DNA of 64,000 nt from a virus (lineage: Duplodnaviria; Caudoviricetes), in IMG/VR virus record IMGVR_UViG_3300013121_000039, positions 1 to 64,000 of that record, one strand, 5' to 3'. The notes below the pieces were generated by a model that saw nothing but the letters and a program-made list of their open reading frames with translations, was not told the DNA's origin and did not search any database. A program made the position numbers and the translations under genes. Of this stretch, positions 45,546 through 55,720 are shown in pieces. Every line of letters begins with the position of its first letter. The first letter of the stretch is position 1.

Positions 45546-48244
45546 CAGTTCTCCGCGTGCCCGATGGCCTTGAGGTGGAGGAGGATCTCCTCCATGTTCT
45601 TCATGCTACGCTCGACGGCGCCCTCTGGGATCTCCTCCATGCCGAGGTAGCTGGAGAGCAGCATCTCGGCGAGCTTCTCGGAGGTCTGCTCCAGCTCGGG
45701 CGCGTACTCGACGAAGGTGGTGAGGTTCTCCGGGTTGACGAAGTTGAGGGCCAGCACCTTGTCGACGGTGGCCTCGTCCTCGATGGCGGCCGCCTCCTTG
45801 ATGAGATCACGGCGCAGGTCGGGGACCTTGGCCAGGAAGGCCGACGCCGTCTTCACCGACGACTGGTAGTGCTCGGAGATGGGCGTGATGGTCTTCAGGT
45901 TGTAGAGGTCGACGGAGCCCTGCTTGCGGGCCTGGGCCAGCTTCTCCTTCACGTCGGAGCCCGCGACGCCGAGCAGGCCGAGCATGAACTCCGCCGAGAC
46001 CGGGTCGAGGTCGTGGCGGTAGCTCTTGGCGAGCTTGTTGAGGCCGCAGCCGCCTTCCAGGTTGAAGGCGCCGTTCCAGAAGAGGGTGACCTTCTGGGCG
46101 GCGATCTTCACCGCGCCGGTCTTGTTCATCTGGACCGGGTCGGGGACGAGCTGGGTCTGGTTGTTGAGCGCCATGAACTTCCAGCTCGCCGGGATGGCGT
46201 ACTCCGTGTCGGAGATGCGCTGGGGCTGGATGAGCTCGGGCGAGAGGTGGATGGAGAACTGGTTCCCCATGAAGTCCTGGGCCTGGTACATCGGCCCGCC
46301 GTCCGGCCCGCTCATGCCGCCGCGGACGGTGACGGGCGCGGTGACCCGCACGCCGTCCCGGGTCACCTCGTAGAAGGCCCCCTCGCCGCGGATGGGCGAC
46401 ATCGGGAGCTGGGTGTTCTTCCCGATGAGCTCACCAGCGATGGCATCCTGGACGGCGAAGGCGGAGCCGTTGGTGAAGAGGGCCACCGGCTGCGGCTGGA
46501 AGGAGCCGTCCCAGGCCAGCGTCTCGGGGAAGACCCAGCCCATCACCTGGTTCCCCATGAGGTCCTGGGTGAGGTACTCGCCGAAGGTCTCGGCGACCAC
46601 CGCGTTCTGCGTCGGCGCGGAGGTGTCCTCCACCGGGTCGGAGACGGCGGAGACGGTCTGCCCGGGCTGCATGGCCTGGGCCTGCTCGTCCCCCATCATC
46701 TCGGCACCGGCCTCCGGCGGGACCACCTGGCCCTGGGCCTCCTGTCCGGGGACGAAGGCGTCGTTGTTGGCCTGCTTCACCAGGAACTCGCCGCCCGGCA
46801 GCTTCTGGATGGTGGTCACCGTCGGGTCGATGGCGTCGACCACGGCCTGGAGCCGCTCCTGCGACGTGGCGAGCTTGGTGACGAGGAAGGCGTTGATGAG
46901 CGGGCCCATCCCGTTGCGCTGGAAGCTGGCGACGAGGGTGGGGTCACTGGCGAGCTTCGCCTTGAAGGCCTGGCGATCCCGGTCCCGCACGGTGCTGGCG
47001 ATCTTCATGAGCAGGGACGGATTCTTCCCCGTCCGCAGCGTGGTCTCCAGGTCCTCCATGGCCGTCCCCATCTTCACGGCCGCGGTCTTCTTCTGCCCGC
47101 CGCTGCCCACCAGCTTCTGGCCCTCCTGGAGCATCTTCTGCCCCTTCTCCATCTGCTTCTGGGAGGCCTTCTGCTGCTTCTCCTGCTGCTTCTGGTGGTA
47201 CTCCTGGAGCTTCTGGGGCGGAGGCGGCTCCGGCTTCGGGTGGTAGCCGTAGTGCTTCACCGCGAGCTCGTAGACCTTGTTCTGCACGGCCGGGTGAGCC
47301 CTCTGGCCGCCGTAGTCGTGCATGAGCTTCTGGACCTCCATCGAGTTGTAGATGGCGTCCCACTGCTCCTTGGAGATGTGCTTGAAGGCCTCCTTCACGA
47401 AGGCGACCTTCTCCGAGCCCTTCAGCGCGTGCATCTGGCGCAGCAGGTCGAGCTGGTTCCGCCGCACGCGGAGCTTGTCCTCGCGCTGCGAGATGTCGTC
47501 CTGCTTCTGCTGAGCCCGCTCCTCGATCTGACGGATCTCCTTCTGGCTCCTGGCGAGGTCGATCTTGAGCTGCTCCTTCTCCAGGGCCGCCGCCTGCGCG
47601 TAGAAGGGGGTGTCGTCGAACTTCTTGAGCCAGTAGCTGCGCGGGTCCTCCTTCGTCGGGCTGCCCACGTCCATGGCCGGCTCCTTCTCCATGGCCGTCT
47701 TGGGCTTGCCGCCCTGGAGCATGGCGAGGAGCTGCTCGTCGGCGCTGGCGAGCTTGTAGTCGCCGCCCATGCCGATGCCGCTGCGCTGGGGCGGCATGAG
47801 GGGCTCGACGAGGCTCGGGTCCTGCGGCGGGACGACGGAGAGGTCGAAGGTGGAGGGGTTGAAGAGCTTCTCGCGCAGCCGCTCCTCGTTGAGCGGCATC
47901 ACCTTCTCCCCGTCCATGAAGATGGAGAAGGGCTTCACCTGGCGCTCACGGACGACGAGCGGGATGCGCAGGTGGGGCAGCCCCGCCTCGTCATGCTCCG
48001 CCTCCGGCCGCTCGGTCTTGTTGGCGACGTCGGCGTAGCCGAAGGCGTACCCCCGCTCCGCGTCCGTGCGGTCGAGGTTGACGTTGACGTCGTAGTCCGA
48101 GAGGTAGGGGAGCTGCTTGTACAGGTCGCTCGTCAGCTCCTGCGGCCAGTTCTCGGGCTCTTCGGAGAGCCGAGACGCGAAGGCGGCCGTCTTCCGCATG
48201 GAGCGGTCGAAGGCGGGAAGCTGGTCCTTGTAGAGGGAGCGCAT
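45545..48244 (-). CDS. Large putative internal head protein (899 aa), K-x-A rich
   Basis: RKTA, YKLA, EKVA, KKTA, MKIA, VKQA, VKIA, VKTA, IKEA, EKLA; Q/K-rich coiled coil. Confidence 0.75.
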   Translation of the reverse strand: MRSLYKDQLPAFDRSMRKTAAFASRLSEEPENWPQELTSDLYKQLPYLSDYDVNVNLDRTDAERGYAFGYADVANKTERPEAEHDEAGLPHLRIPLVVRERQVKPFSIFMDGEKVMPLNEERLREKLFNPSTFDLSVVPPQDPSLVEPLMPPQRSGIGMGGDYKLASADEQLLAMLQGGKPKTAMEKEPAMDVGSPTKEDPRSYWLKKFDDTPFYAQAAALEKEQLKIDLARSQKEIRQIEERAQQKQDDISQREDKLRVRRNQLDLLRQMHALKGSEKVAFVKEAFKHISKEQWDAIYNSMEVQKLMHDYGGQRAHPAVQNKVYELAVKHYGYHPKPEPPPPQKLQEYHQKQQEKQQKASQKQMEKGQKMLQEGQKLVGSGGQKKTAAVKMGTAMEDLETTLRTGKNPSLLMKIASTVRDRDRQAFKAKLASDPTLVASFQRNGMGPLINAFLVTKLATSQERLQAVVDAIDPTVTTIQKLPGGEFLVKQANNDAFVPGQEAQGQVVPPEAGAEMMGDEQAQAMQPGQTVSAVSDPVEDTSAPTQNAVVAETFGEYLTQDLMGNQVMGWVFPETLAWDGSFQPQPVALFTNGSAFAVQDAIAGELIGKNTQLPMSPIRGEGAFYEVTRDGVRVTAPVTVRGGMSGPDGGPMYQAQDFMGNQFSIHLSPELIQPQRISDTEYAIPASWKFMALNNQTQLVPDPVQMNKTGAVKIAAQKVTLFWNGAFNLEGGCGLNKLAKSYRHDLDPVSAEFMLGLLGVAGSDVKEKLAQARKQGSVDLYNLKTITPISEHYQSSVKTASAFLAKVPDLRRDLIKEAAAIEDEATVDKVLALNFVNPENLTTFVEYAPELEQTSEKLAEMLLSSYLGMEEIPEGAVERSMKNMEEILLHLKAIGHAEN

Positions 48245-48253
48245 CTTCTTCTC

Positions 48254-49315
48254 CTAGTGGCTGTAGAGCGACGACGACGTTGCAGAAGGCGGAGGGGGAG
48301 CAGGGACATCCGTCGCGGGAGCAGACGGAGACGGGATCGGGTGGCGGTGGGTAGCCAGCCAGAGCAGGAGCTCGTCAGTCGCCAGCATGACCGGCGCGGC
48401 AGGACCGGCAGCGCTCTTCGGGCCCACGGTGACGTTCGGGCCCAGGGCCACACCGGCGCCTCCGAAGATGGACGCCAGGGCCGCAGCCGTGATCTCGACC
48501 TTGCCCGTCTTGGCGTCGACCTTGAGATCGAGGTCTGCCAAGAGCGAGAGCGTCTTCGAGTGGATGGAGAGGTTCTCGGTCACGTCCCACGTCACGTTGC
48601 CACTGAACGACCAGGCTGCGGAGCCATCCTTCCGAAACTCCAACGAGATCTTCCTCGCCGCACCGGGCTGGCCGGAGGCGTTGACGGCGAGGGACAGGAT
48701 ATTCGCGGAGTTAGCCGTGTGGGAACCGATTTCCAGAACGGCCACCGGCTCTGGGTCGTCGGCGAACTCCCTCGCCTTGAGGCGCAGGAGTGCCGGCCGA
48801 TGCCCGTCGACCGTGGCCTCTTCCCGGTCGATGGTCCACTCCAGATCGCCGCCCAGGGTGTGCAGCCCGTAGTTCTCGCAGAGGTCGGTGATGGTGTTGT
48901 TGACCGGGATGTACATCCGCTGAGAGAGCGGCCCTCCACCCACCTGCACGACCCCACCCCGCCGCAGGATGAGGAAGTTGTCGTCCCGTGTCCCGAGGAA
49001 GATGTCCCCTGGGTTGAGATCCCTCTTGTTGCTCTTGAGAGAGTCGTCTTGTTCTCGGCCGGGTGCCCAAGCCAAGACGAAAGGCTTCCCTCCATCGGAG
49101 GGGAAGCACAGCCAGACCAGGCTGCCCACCTCCGGCATGAAGTAGATGCCTTCTCCGTTCGAGAAGTGCTGGTAGGGCGTGGCGAAGGCCAGGCCGAGCA
49201 GCGACTTCTGGGTGTACTGCGTCACCACGGAGACGGTGTAGTTCTCGACGTCCACGTCGATGACCTGGCCGGTCTCGATGTACGCCGGGACGATGCGGAC
49301 GTTGGTCGGGGCCAT
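48254..49315 (-). CDS. Baseplate central spike (gpV/gp5/VgrG-like)
   Basis: OB-fold IYFMPEVGSLVWL, beta-repeat region, C-terminal WLATHRHP (HxH metal tip). Confidence 0.75.
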   Translation of the reverse strand: MAPTNVRIVPAYIETGQVIDVDVENYTVSVVTQYTQKSLLGLAFATPYQHFSNGEGIYFMPEVGSLVWLCFPSDGGKPFVLAWAPGREQDDSLKSNKRDLNPGDIFLGTRDDNFLILRRGGVVQVGGGPLSQRMYIPVNNTITDLCENYGLHTLGGDLEWTIDREEATVDGHRPALLRLKAREFADDPEPVAVLEIGSHTANSANILSLAVNASGQPGAARKISLEFRKDGSAAWSFSGNVTWDVTENLSIHSKTLSLLADLDLKVDAKTGKVEITAAALASIFGGAGVALGPNVTVGPKSAAGPAAPVMLATDELLLWLATHRHPIPSPSAPATDVPAPPPPSATSSSLYSH

Positions 49316-49318
49316 GGG

Positions 49319-52300
49319 CTAGTAGACGTACGGCTTGGGCTTCGCCCCTGGGGCCGGCTTGGGGGCCTTCCCGAACTCCGCACCATAGGCCAGGCCGGGG
49401 ATGGGGTGCGAGCCGTGGATGTCGCTCTTCCACCCCATGCCGGCGCCACGCTGAATCGTCTCGCCGAGGCGCTGGTAGTTGAGGCGCGCCATCCAGTCCT
49501 CGCTGAAGCGTGGGATGTTCTCCGAGCCCTTGAGGAATGGCTCGTGGAGGACCGGCTTCGCCTTGGCCCCCTTGAGCTCCCGGTTGTGCTCCTCGACCAC
49601 CGAGTGCGGGACGATGTCGCCGACCTCCCAGTGGGAGTGGCCAGGATCCTTCACCCTCGTGTAGTTGGTGAGGGCCCTGACCACGAGCTCGACGTTGCGC
49701 TGACGCACCGACTGGTCCTTGTAGAGCTTCCCGTAGAGCTCGTCCGTCAGGAGGCGCTGCACATCCTTCATGTCCTTGGTGATGTGGAGCAGCTCCCTGG
49801 GGTGGACCGGCGCGCCCTCATGGGAGAGCGATTGGCCCTTGCGGATCTGCATGCCGACCGTCAGACCCTCCCTCATCTCATCCGGCCGCAGGTGGTGGAG
49901 CACCCCACCGATGTTGACGTCGTGACCGCCGAGGCCTGGAGCCGGCTTGATGGAGAGGATCGGCCCCTCCGTCTTGGCGAGGACCGCGGAGCCGCGGAGG
50001 ATCTCCGGCATCTTGAGGATCTGCTTCAGGCGCTCGATCTTCGAGGTCGAGCTTCCCCCGCGCCCTGAAGCCACACCGCCTGAGTGGAAGGCGTCCATGG
50101 CGAGCTGGGTCGCGGGCTCTCCGAGAGCCTGCCCGGCCAGGACGCCGATGTTGGTCCCCACGGAGTGGAGCTTCCCGTTCTCGTTCAGGCCGAAGCACTT
50201 GGCGCAGATCCCCTCGCCGTGCTGGCAGCGAAGCGGGGAACGGACCTGGACCTCCTTCTTGGGGCCGAGCAGCTTCTTGAGCCCGTTGACCACGTCCGGG
50301 GTGAGCAGCGTCCCCGCACGGTGCTGCCCGTACTCCTTCGCGAGGAAGCGGTCGTGGATGTCCTCATGGTCGAGCGACATCGAGATGCCGTTGTGGGTCT
50401 TGCAGTCGTCGCTCGTGATGAGGGTCGCGATGGTGGAGTTGATGATGTCCTTGGTCATCGTCCCTGGCTCCTTCGTGCCAGAGGCGCGGTCCAGGGTCCC
50501 CTTGCGCGCACCATGCTGCGCCAGCCAGTAGTCGCCGAGGTCGAGCCCCTCTCCGTAGGACTTGGTGATGGGGCTGAGCACCGTACGACCTGCCGAGTCC
50601 TTCACCAGCATCGGTGCCGCGATCATCTGCCGGAGCTGGTTCTGCTTGCCGCGAGCTCCCGAGTGCACCATCGTGGCGAGCCGGTTGTCCGACCCCACCT
50701 TCTTCGTCGCCGCGTCGAGCTTCTGGGTCGCCTCGGTCCAGTGCGCCTCCAGAGCCTTGCTCAGCTGCTTCCGGTCCTTGATGGATGCCTTCATCTTCTG
50801 GGCACCCTGTTCGTACTCGTGGATGATGCGGTCCCGCTCCGGGATGGTGGCGAAGTCCTTCAGGCCGATGGAGAAGCCGTGCTTGAAGGACTGGTCGGTC
50901 CCGAGATCCTTCAGGTGGTTCACCGCCGAGTCGAAGTGGTCCGGGTGCTTCCTGGCCACTTCCTCCACGAGACCGTGGAGCGTCCCCTTCGACACCACGT
51001 AGTTGGGGTCGTGGAGCAGCGTCTCGTTCTTGGAGAACCCCCGCGGCATCTTCTCGGCGATGAGCAGTCGCCCCAGGGTGGTCGGACCCTTGGCGCCCTG
51101 GAGGTGCACCACGTCCGTCATCTGGAGCTGGCCCGAGTCGTGGGCCTTCTTCATTTCCGCGATGGTCTTGAAATTCTTGCCCGTGTCGGACCCCCACTTA
51201 GAGATGAGGTGCAGACCGAGCATGAACTCCTGGTTGGGCACGTGCATGGGCCCGAAGGTGGTCGGCGAGAAGAGGTTCTTGGAGGGGAACATCCCCTTCG
51301 CCTCCTCCACCGCCTCTCGGGAGATCGGCACCGTGCCGGCCATGGTGTCGCCGTCGAAGTCGGCGTTGAAGCCGCCGGTGACGAGCGGGTGGATCTTGAT
51401 GGCCTTACCCTCGACCACCTTGGGCCGGAAGGCCATGACCGAGAACTTGTGCAGGGCCGGGTCCCGCTTGAGCAGCAGGGGGCGGTCGGCCATCACGGCG
51501 TCGAGCGCCTTGAGGGCGTGCGGCGCCTTCGACTGCATGGCCTCCAGTGCCTCCTCGGGGGTGTACCCGAGCTTGGTGTGGAGGTGCGCGATGACGAAGG
51601 GCTTGTAGAGCTCCATCGCTGCATGGCCCGGGAGCCCGACCTCATCGAGGTGGAGGGTCGGCTCGGGGATGATCACGGAGCGGATGGAGAGGTCCTGGCG
51701 ACGCTTGACGAGGCGGGACTGGAAGTAGCCCGTCTTGGGCTGGTCCCCGCCGATCACTTCGAGGATGCCCTTGAGCGGCCTCTTCTCGGCAGCGTCCTTG
51801 TCGTAGATCGGGTCGTAGGAGCCCACGGACTGGAGCGCCTTGAGCCCGTTCCAGAGGGAAGTGCGGACCATGGAGCCGGGTTCGGGGCCGAAGCGGTCGA
51901 CCGGCAGCTCCCGCAGCTTCTCGTTCAGCAGGAAGACGTTGCGGTAGTGGTTGTTGAGACTGCTCTTCGCCACGTCTCCATAGTTGGTCATGGCGACCGG
52001 CCGGAACTTGGGAGGCAGGACCGGCACGTTGTGCATGACGTAGGCCTCGTGCGGCTGGAGACCCGCCTCCTTCAGCGCCAGGAGGTACTTCAGAGAGCGG
52101 TTGTACTGGTCCCGCTTGTTGCCGCGCTTGGAGCCGATCTGCTCCCGGATCATCTTGATGGAAGCGTCGACGTCGATCTCCTTCAGCGCATCGCGGATCG
52201 CAGCCCCACCGGTCTTCCCGTTGAGCTGCTGCTTGCCCGTGACGACGGCGTCCACATCCGACACCGAGAAGTTCGGATGCTTGAGGCCGATGAGGGATGG

Positions 52301-55300
52301 GATGGGGCCCTTGTTCTGGGTGTCGCCGACGAAGATCGGGTTGGGCAGTGGTTCGGAGAGCTTGAAGTGGCTCCACCGATCCCCCTCGGTCCCGACGATG
52401 GCCGGGTCGAAGAAACCGCCCTTCTCGGGCTTCACGCTTCTGGCGATCAGGAGCCCGGCCGTCTTCACCTCGTTCGCCCCAGCGAGCCTCAGGAGGTTCT
52501 TGTCCCCCATCGGCAAGAGCCGGAGGTGGGACCCGTTCTTCTGGACATCGACCCCGAGCCCCTTGAGCAGCCCCTCGAACTTCTGGAAGGCGAACGGGAC
52601 CTTCGGGGTCCCAGGCTCGTGCCCCTCCTGGATCATCGACCAGAAGTCCTCTGACTGCTTGTCGGACTTGTAGGACGCCATCTCGCGCAGCACGTTGCGC
52701 GCGTTGTGTCCGAGGAGGGAGTAGACCTCCAGGGCACCGAAGCCTTGGCCGCTCTGCGGCCCGCCCCTGACTGGCTGGTTGTCCTGGTCGTACTTGTAGC
52801 CCTGAGGAGCTCGTCCCGGGGCTCCGAGGTCGGAGCCGCCGCCGCGGACGAAGAGCTTCTTCTCGACCTGGTGCTTCAGCTTGATGATGTGCTGAGGTCC
52901 GACGAGGACCGACCCCAGAGGTCTGCGCGAGTCCTTCGGATCGAAGACCTGCTCCTCGTCCGTGAGCCCGTGCTTCTTGAGGTCCTCCTCCACCTGCTTG
53001 CGGTAGTCGTGGTTCGCGCCGGCGAAGTTGTCGACGAGGTAGGTCTTCCCCGTCTTCTCCGCGATCTTGGCCGCGGCCGTCTCCAGGACCTGTCCGACGT
53101 TGATGCGGGTCGGCACGCCGGACGGGTTGAGGATGACGTCGAGGGGCTTCTTCTTCCCCTCATGCGTCGTGTATGGCATCTCGTCGTCCGGCAGGATCAT
53201 CGTGATGATGCCCTTGTTGCCGTGCCGGCCCGAGAGCTTGTCGCCGATCTCGGCCTTCTCCTCCGTCTTCACGAAGACGCGGACCGACTTCCCGTTGGGG
53301 CTCTTCACCACCCGGGTCACCACCCCCGGCCGGTCCTCGTCCCAGGTGAGGGACTTGTCCTTCCAGATGTTGGTGAGCTTGGTGTCGAACCGCTTGGCGG
53401 CGTCGAGCGCCTTCTCCAGGTTCGGGGTGACGCAGGTGGCCAGCACCTGACCGGGGAGGACGCGCGCCCCCTCCTTGATCACCCCATCATCGTCGAGCGC
53501 CTTCCAGTGCTCCGGCGTCATGCTCTCCGCCCGACGAGAGGCGTTGGCCTTCCAGACGCTCTTGCTGGTCCGATCCTCCTTGGGATCGATGTCGAGATGG
53601 AGCTTGTGGAGATGCTCCGAAGTCAGCCGCTCCGAGGCGCTCTGTGAGATGACGATGCCGTCCTCGAAGTTGTAGCCCTTGTACGGCAGGTAGCCCACGC
53701 GCAGGTTGGTCCCGAGCGCGAGCTGGCCGTTGCGGGTGAAGTTCGTGTCCGCGACCCGCTGGCCCGCCTTCACCTCGTCCCCCACCGCCACCGTCGGCGA
53801 CGAGTGCAGCATGGTCGTCGGGTCGTTGAGCGGGAAGTGGTTGTAGAGATGGACGACGTGCTCCTTCCCGCCCTCGTTGATGTGGATGGCGTCAGGAGTG
53901 ACCTTCGACACCTTCCCGGCGACCTTGGAGGTGTGGGAGGCGAAGGAGGTCCCGATCAGCTTCTCGAAGGTGTTCTCCGGGTTCGCTGGGTTCACCACCG
54001 ACTGCACGAGAGGCGCTTCCCGGTGCTTCAGGGAGATGGCCTGCTCCATCTGCTTGTCGGCCATCGACGCCCGGTTACCTTGATCGGTGGGCAGGAAGGG
54101 GATGAGGTTGGAGGCGTAGCTGAACATGCCCTTGGCGGAGGGCATGATGAAGTGGGCCTCGGAGAAGGGCCTCTTCTCGATGTCGCCGCCAGGGAGCTTG
54201 ACCTTCACCTCCTTGGCGATGGGGACCGGCTTGCCTCCGGTGAACTTCACCTGGTCAGGCAAGACCACCATGGCGGTGTGGAACTCCGGCACGGAGACGC
54301 TGCGGAGCTTGCCGGTCTTGAGGTCGTAGACCTGGGTCTTGAGCTCGTTGTTCTCCTTGCGGACCGCTGACCCGAGGTGGAGCGTGATACCCGTCCGCTC
54401 CGACTCCGGGGTGTGCATCGGGTCGAGGAACCCAAAGTGGGATGGGTTCACGGTCTGCATCTCGGCGCCGAGCGTGTCGGGGCTCTTGATGCCGCCGAAG
54501 TCCTTGGAGATGAGGGTCGTCTTGAAGTTGGCCGAGAGCATCTGCACGGGGTTGGTCTGCTCCCCGCGCTCTGCCACGCCACTGCCCTTCGAGAAGAACT
54601 CCCGGATCGGCCGGTTGAAGACCTCACCGCCGAGGAGGATCTCGGAGGCCGAGTTCTTGTGGCTCAGGGTGGCTCGCACCTTCTGGACGATCTGGTTCCG
54701 GCTCTTGCCGAGCTTCTCCGGCAGGTAGTCCTCGATGTGGGCCACTTCCTTGAAGATGAGGCTGTCCCGGTCGTCCGGCTCGACCTCCTTGCGCTCCAGC
54801 TTGATGAGCTTGTGGACAGAGGCCAGCAGAGCCCCGCCGGTCACCTTCGAGAAGGGGGTGCCGAGCGTCACCCGGGTCGTGTCAGGGAGAAGCTCCGTCT
54901 CGTCGAAGTACTTGTAGACGTGCTCCTTCACCTGCTCCGGCGTGGGGGACGACAGCTCGCCGCCCGTCTTCTCGTAGAACTTCCGAAGCGTCCGGTCGAC
55001 GGCTTCAGGGGCAGCGATCCGGTTGGCTGCGAAGACCTGCTTGCCCCAGGTCTGCTCCATCTCGTCGTCGGACACGCCCATGACCTTCATGAGCGGGTAG
55101 ACGGGGATGTGGGCCCCACCGCCGTGGGGCGTGAACTGGATGAGGCTCTTCTTCCTGTCGAGCTCCAGCGTGAAGTTCTTGTGGCCGCCCTTGCGCAGCA
55201 TGAACTCCGAGGCCAGGTCGCCGTTGCGACGGACCTTGGTGTAGACGCCGGAGCGCAGCTTGAGCAGGTGGTCGACCTGGTACTCCCCTCCATCGACGAT

Positions 55301-55600
55301 GAAGGAGAAGCGCGAGGTCATCTTGGGTACCTTCGCGACCTGGAGCGTGGAGGGGCGGCCGACCGGCTTCCCGGTCAGGTTGTCGACCAGTTGGACCGTC
55401 GCCTTGATGGGGATGCCCCAGGTCTGGTCGTGGTCCTTGGCGTGGACCTGGCTGGCGATGTCGTTCGGGTCGAGGTTGTCCTCCGCCCAGATCTTCAGGA
55501 GCTCCAGAGAGCGGTTCCTGGACTTGAAGTGGGGGAAGAGTTCCTGGACCTTCTCGATGACGTTCTGCGTGAGATTCGTCATCTTGGCGTCGGAAGCCAC
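49319..55600 (-). CDS. Phage DNA-dependent RNA polymerase, fused beta-beta' (2093 aa)
   Basis: Beta motifs HFGFLDPMHTPES, GYNFEDGIVIS, GDKLSGRHGNKG, LNPSGVPTRINVGQ. Beta' motifs RDPALH, FNADFDGD (51347-51367), HGARKG bridge helix, GEPATQLAMDAFHSGG trigger loop. AGGAG RBS before GTG. Confidence 0.95.
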   Translation of the reverse strand: MASDAKMTNLTQNVIEKVQELFPHFKSRNRSLELLKIWAEDNLDPNDIASQVHAKDHDQTWGIPIKATVQLVDNLTGKPVGRPSTLQVAKVPKMTSRFSFIVDGGEYQVDHLLKLRSGVYTKVRRNGDLASEFMLRKGGHKNFTLELDRKKSLIQFTPHGGGAHIPVYPLMKVMGVSDDEMEQTWGKQVFAANRIAAPEAVDRTLRKFYEKTGGELSSPTPEQVKEHVYKYFDETELLPDTTRVTLGTPFSKVTGGALLASVHKLIKLERKEVEPDDRDSLIFKEVAHIEDYLPEKLGKSRNQIVQKVRATLSHKNSASEILLGGEVFNRPIREFFSKGSGVAERGEQTNPVQMLSANFKTTLISKDFGGIKSPDTLGAEMQTVNPSHFGFLDPMHTPESERTGITLHLGSAVRKENNELKTQVYDLKTGKLRSVSVPEFHTAMVVLPDQVKFTGGKPVPIAKEVKVKLPGGDIEKRPFSEAHFIMPSAKGMFSYASNLIPFLPTDQGNRASMADKQMEQAISLKHREAPLVQSVVNPANPENTFEKLIGTSFASHTSKVAGKVSKVTPDAIHINEGGKEHVVHLYNHFPLNDPTTMLHSSPTVAVGDEVKAGQRVADTNFTRNGQLALGTNLRVGYLPYKGYNFEDGIVISQSASERLTSEHLHKLHLDIDPKEDRTSKSVWKANASRRAESMTPEHWKALDDDGVIKEGARVLPGQVLATCVTPNLEKALDAAKRFDTKLTNIWKDKSLTWDEDRPGVVTRVVKSPNGKSVRVFVKTEEKAEIGDKLSGRHGNKGIITMILPDDEMPYTTHEGKKKPLDVILNPSGVPTRINVGQVLETAAAKIAEKTGKTYLVDNFAGANHDYRKQVEEDLKKHGLTDEEQVFDPKDSRRPLGSVLVGPQHIIKLKHQVEKKLFVRGGGSDLGAPGRAPQGYKYDQDNQPVRGGPQSGQGFGALEVYSLLGHNARNVLREMASYKSDKQSEDFWSMIQEGHEPGTPKVPFAFQKFEGLLKGLGVDVQKNGSHLRLLPMGDKNLLRLAGANEVKTAGLLIARSVKPEKGGFFDPAIVGTEGDRWSHFKLSEPLPNPIFVGDTQNKGPIPSLIGLKHPNFSVSDVDAVVTGKQQLNGKTGGAAIRDALKEIDVDASIKMIREQIGSKRGNKRDQYNRSLKYLLALKEAGLQPHEAYVMHNVPVLPPKFRPVAMTNYGDVAKSSLNNHYRNVFLLNEKLRELPVDRFGPEPGSMVRTSLWNGLKALQSVGSYDPIYDKDAAEKRPLKGILEVIGGDQPKTGYFQSRLVKRRQDLSIRSVIIPEPTLHLDEVGLPGHAAMELYKPFVIAHLHTKLGYTPEEALEAMQSKAPHALKALDAVMADRPLLLKRDPALHKFSVMAFRPKVVEGKAIKIHPLVTGGFNADFDGDTMAGTVPISREAVEEAKGMFPSKNLFSPTTFGPMHVPNQEFMLGLHLISKWGSDTGKNFKTIAEMKKAHDSGQLQMTDVVHLQGAKGPTTLGRLLIAEKMPRGFSKNETLLHDPNYVVSKGTLHGLVEEVARKHPDHFDSAVNHLKDLGTDQSFKHGFSIGLKDFATIPERDRIIHEYEQGAQKMKASIKDRKQLSKALEAHWTEATQKLDAATKKVGSDNRLATMVHSGARGKQNQLRQMIAAPMLVKDSAGRTVLSPITKSYGEGLDLGDYWLAQHGARKGTLDRASGTKEPGTMTKDIINSTIATLITSDDCKTHNGISMSLDHEDIHDRFLAKEYGQHRAGTLLTPDVVNGLKKLLGPKKEVQVRSPLRCQHGEGICAKCFGLNENGKLHSVGTNIGVLAGQALGEPATQLAMDAFHSGGVASGRGGSSTSKIERLKQILKMPEILRGSAVLAKTEGPILSIKPAPGLGGHDVNIGGVLHHLRPDEMREGLTVGMQIRKGQSLSHEGAPVHPRELLHITKDMKDVQRLLTDELYGKLYKDQSVRQRNVELVVRALTNYTRVKDPGHSHWEVGDIVPHSVVEEHNRELKGAKAKPVLHEPFLKGSENIPRFSEDWMARLNYQRLGETIQRGAGMGWKSDIHGSHPIPGLAYGAEFGKAPKPAPGAKPKPYVY

Positions 55601-55688
55601 GAGTACTCCTAGCGCCTGGCGGTCGGCGTTATGTCGAACGGCCCTCTCTCCTCGCCACTGGAGATCTCCGAGCCTGGGCAGCGGTCCG

Positions 55689-55718
55689 AGGATACAGGCG
55701 GGCCGTCTGGGATGGCAA
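55689..55718 (-). promoter_or_regulatory. Putative sigma70-like promoter TTGCCA-N18-TATCCT for the RNAP operon
   Basis: Intergenic, back-to-back with the ATAAG motif. Confidence 0.6.
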
Positions 55719-55720
55719 TC

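Noticed and set aside
49319-55600. Bacterial chromosomal rpoB/rpoC locus
   Set aside because: No ribosomal-protein neighbours, highly diverged and shortened, flanked by phage structural genes.
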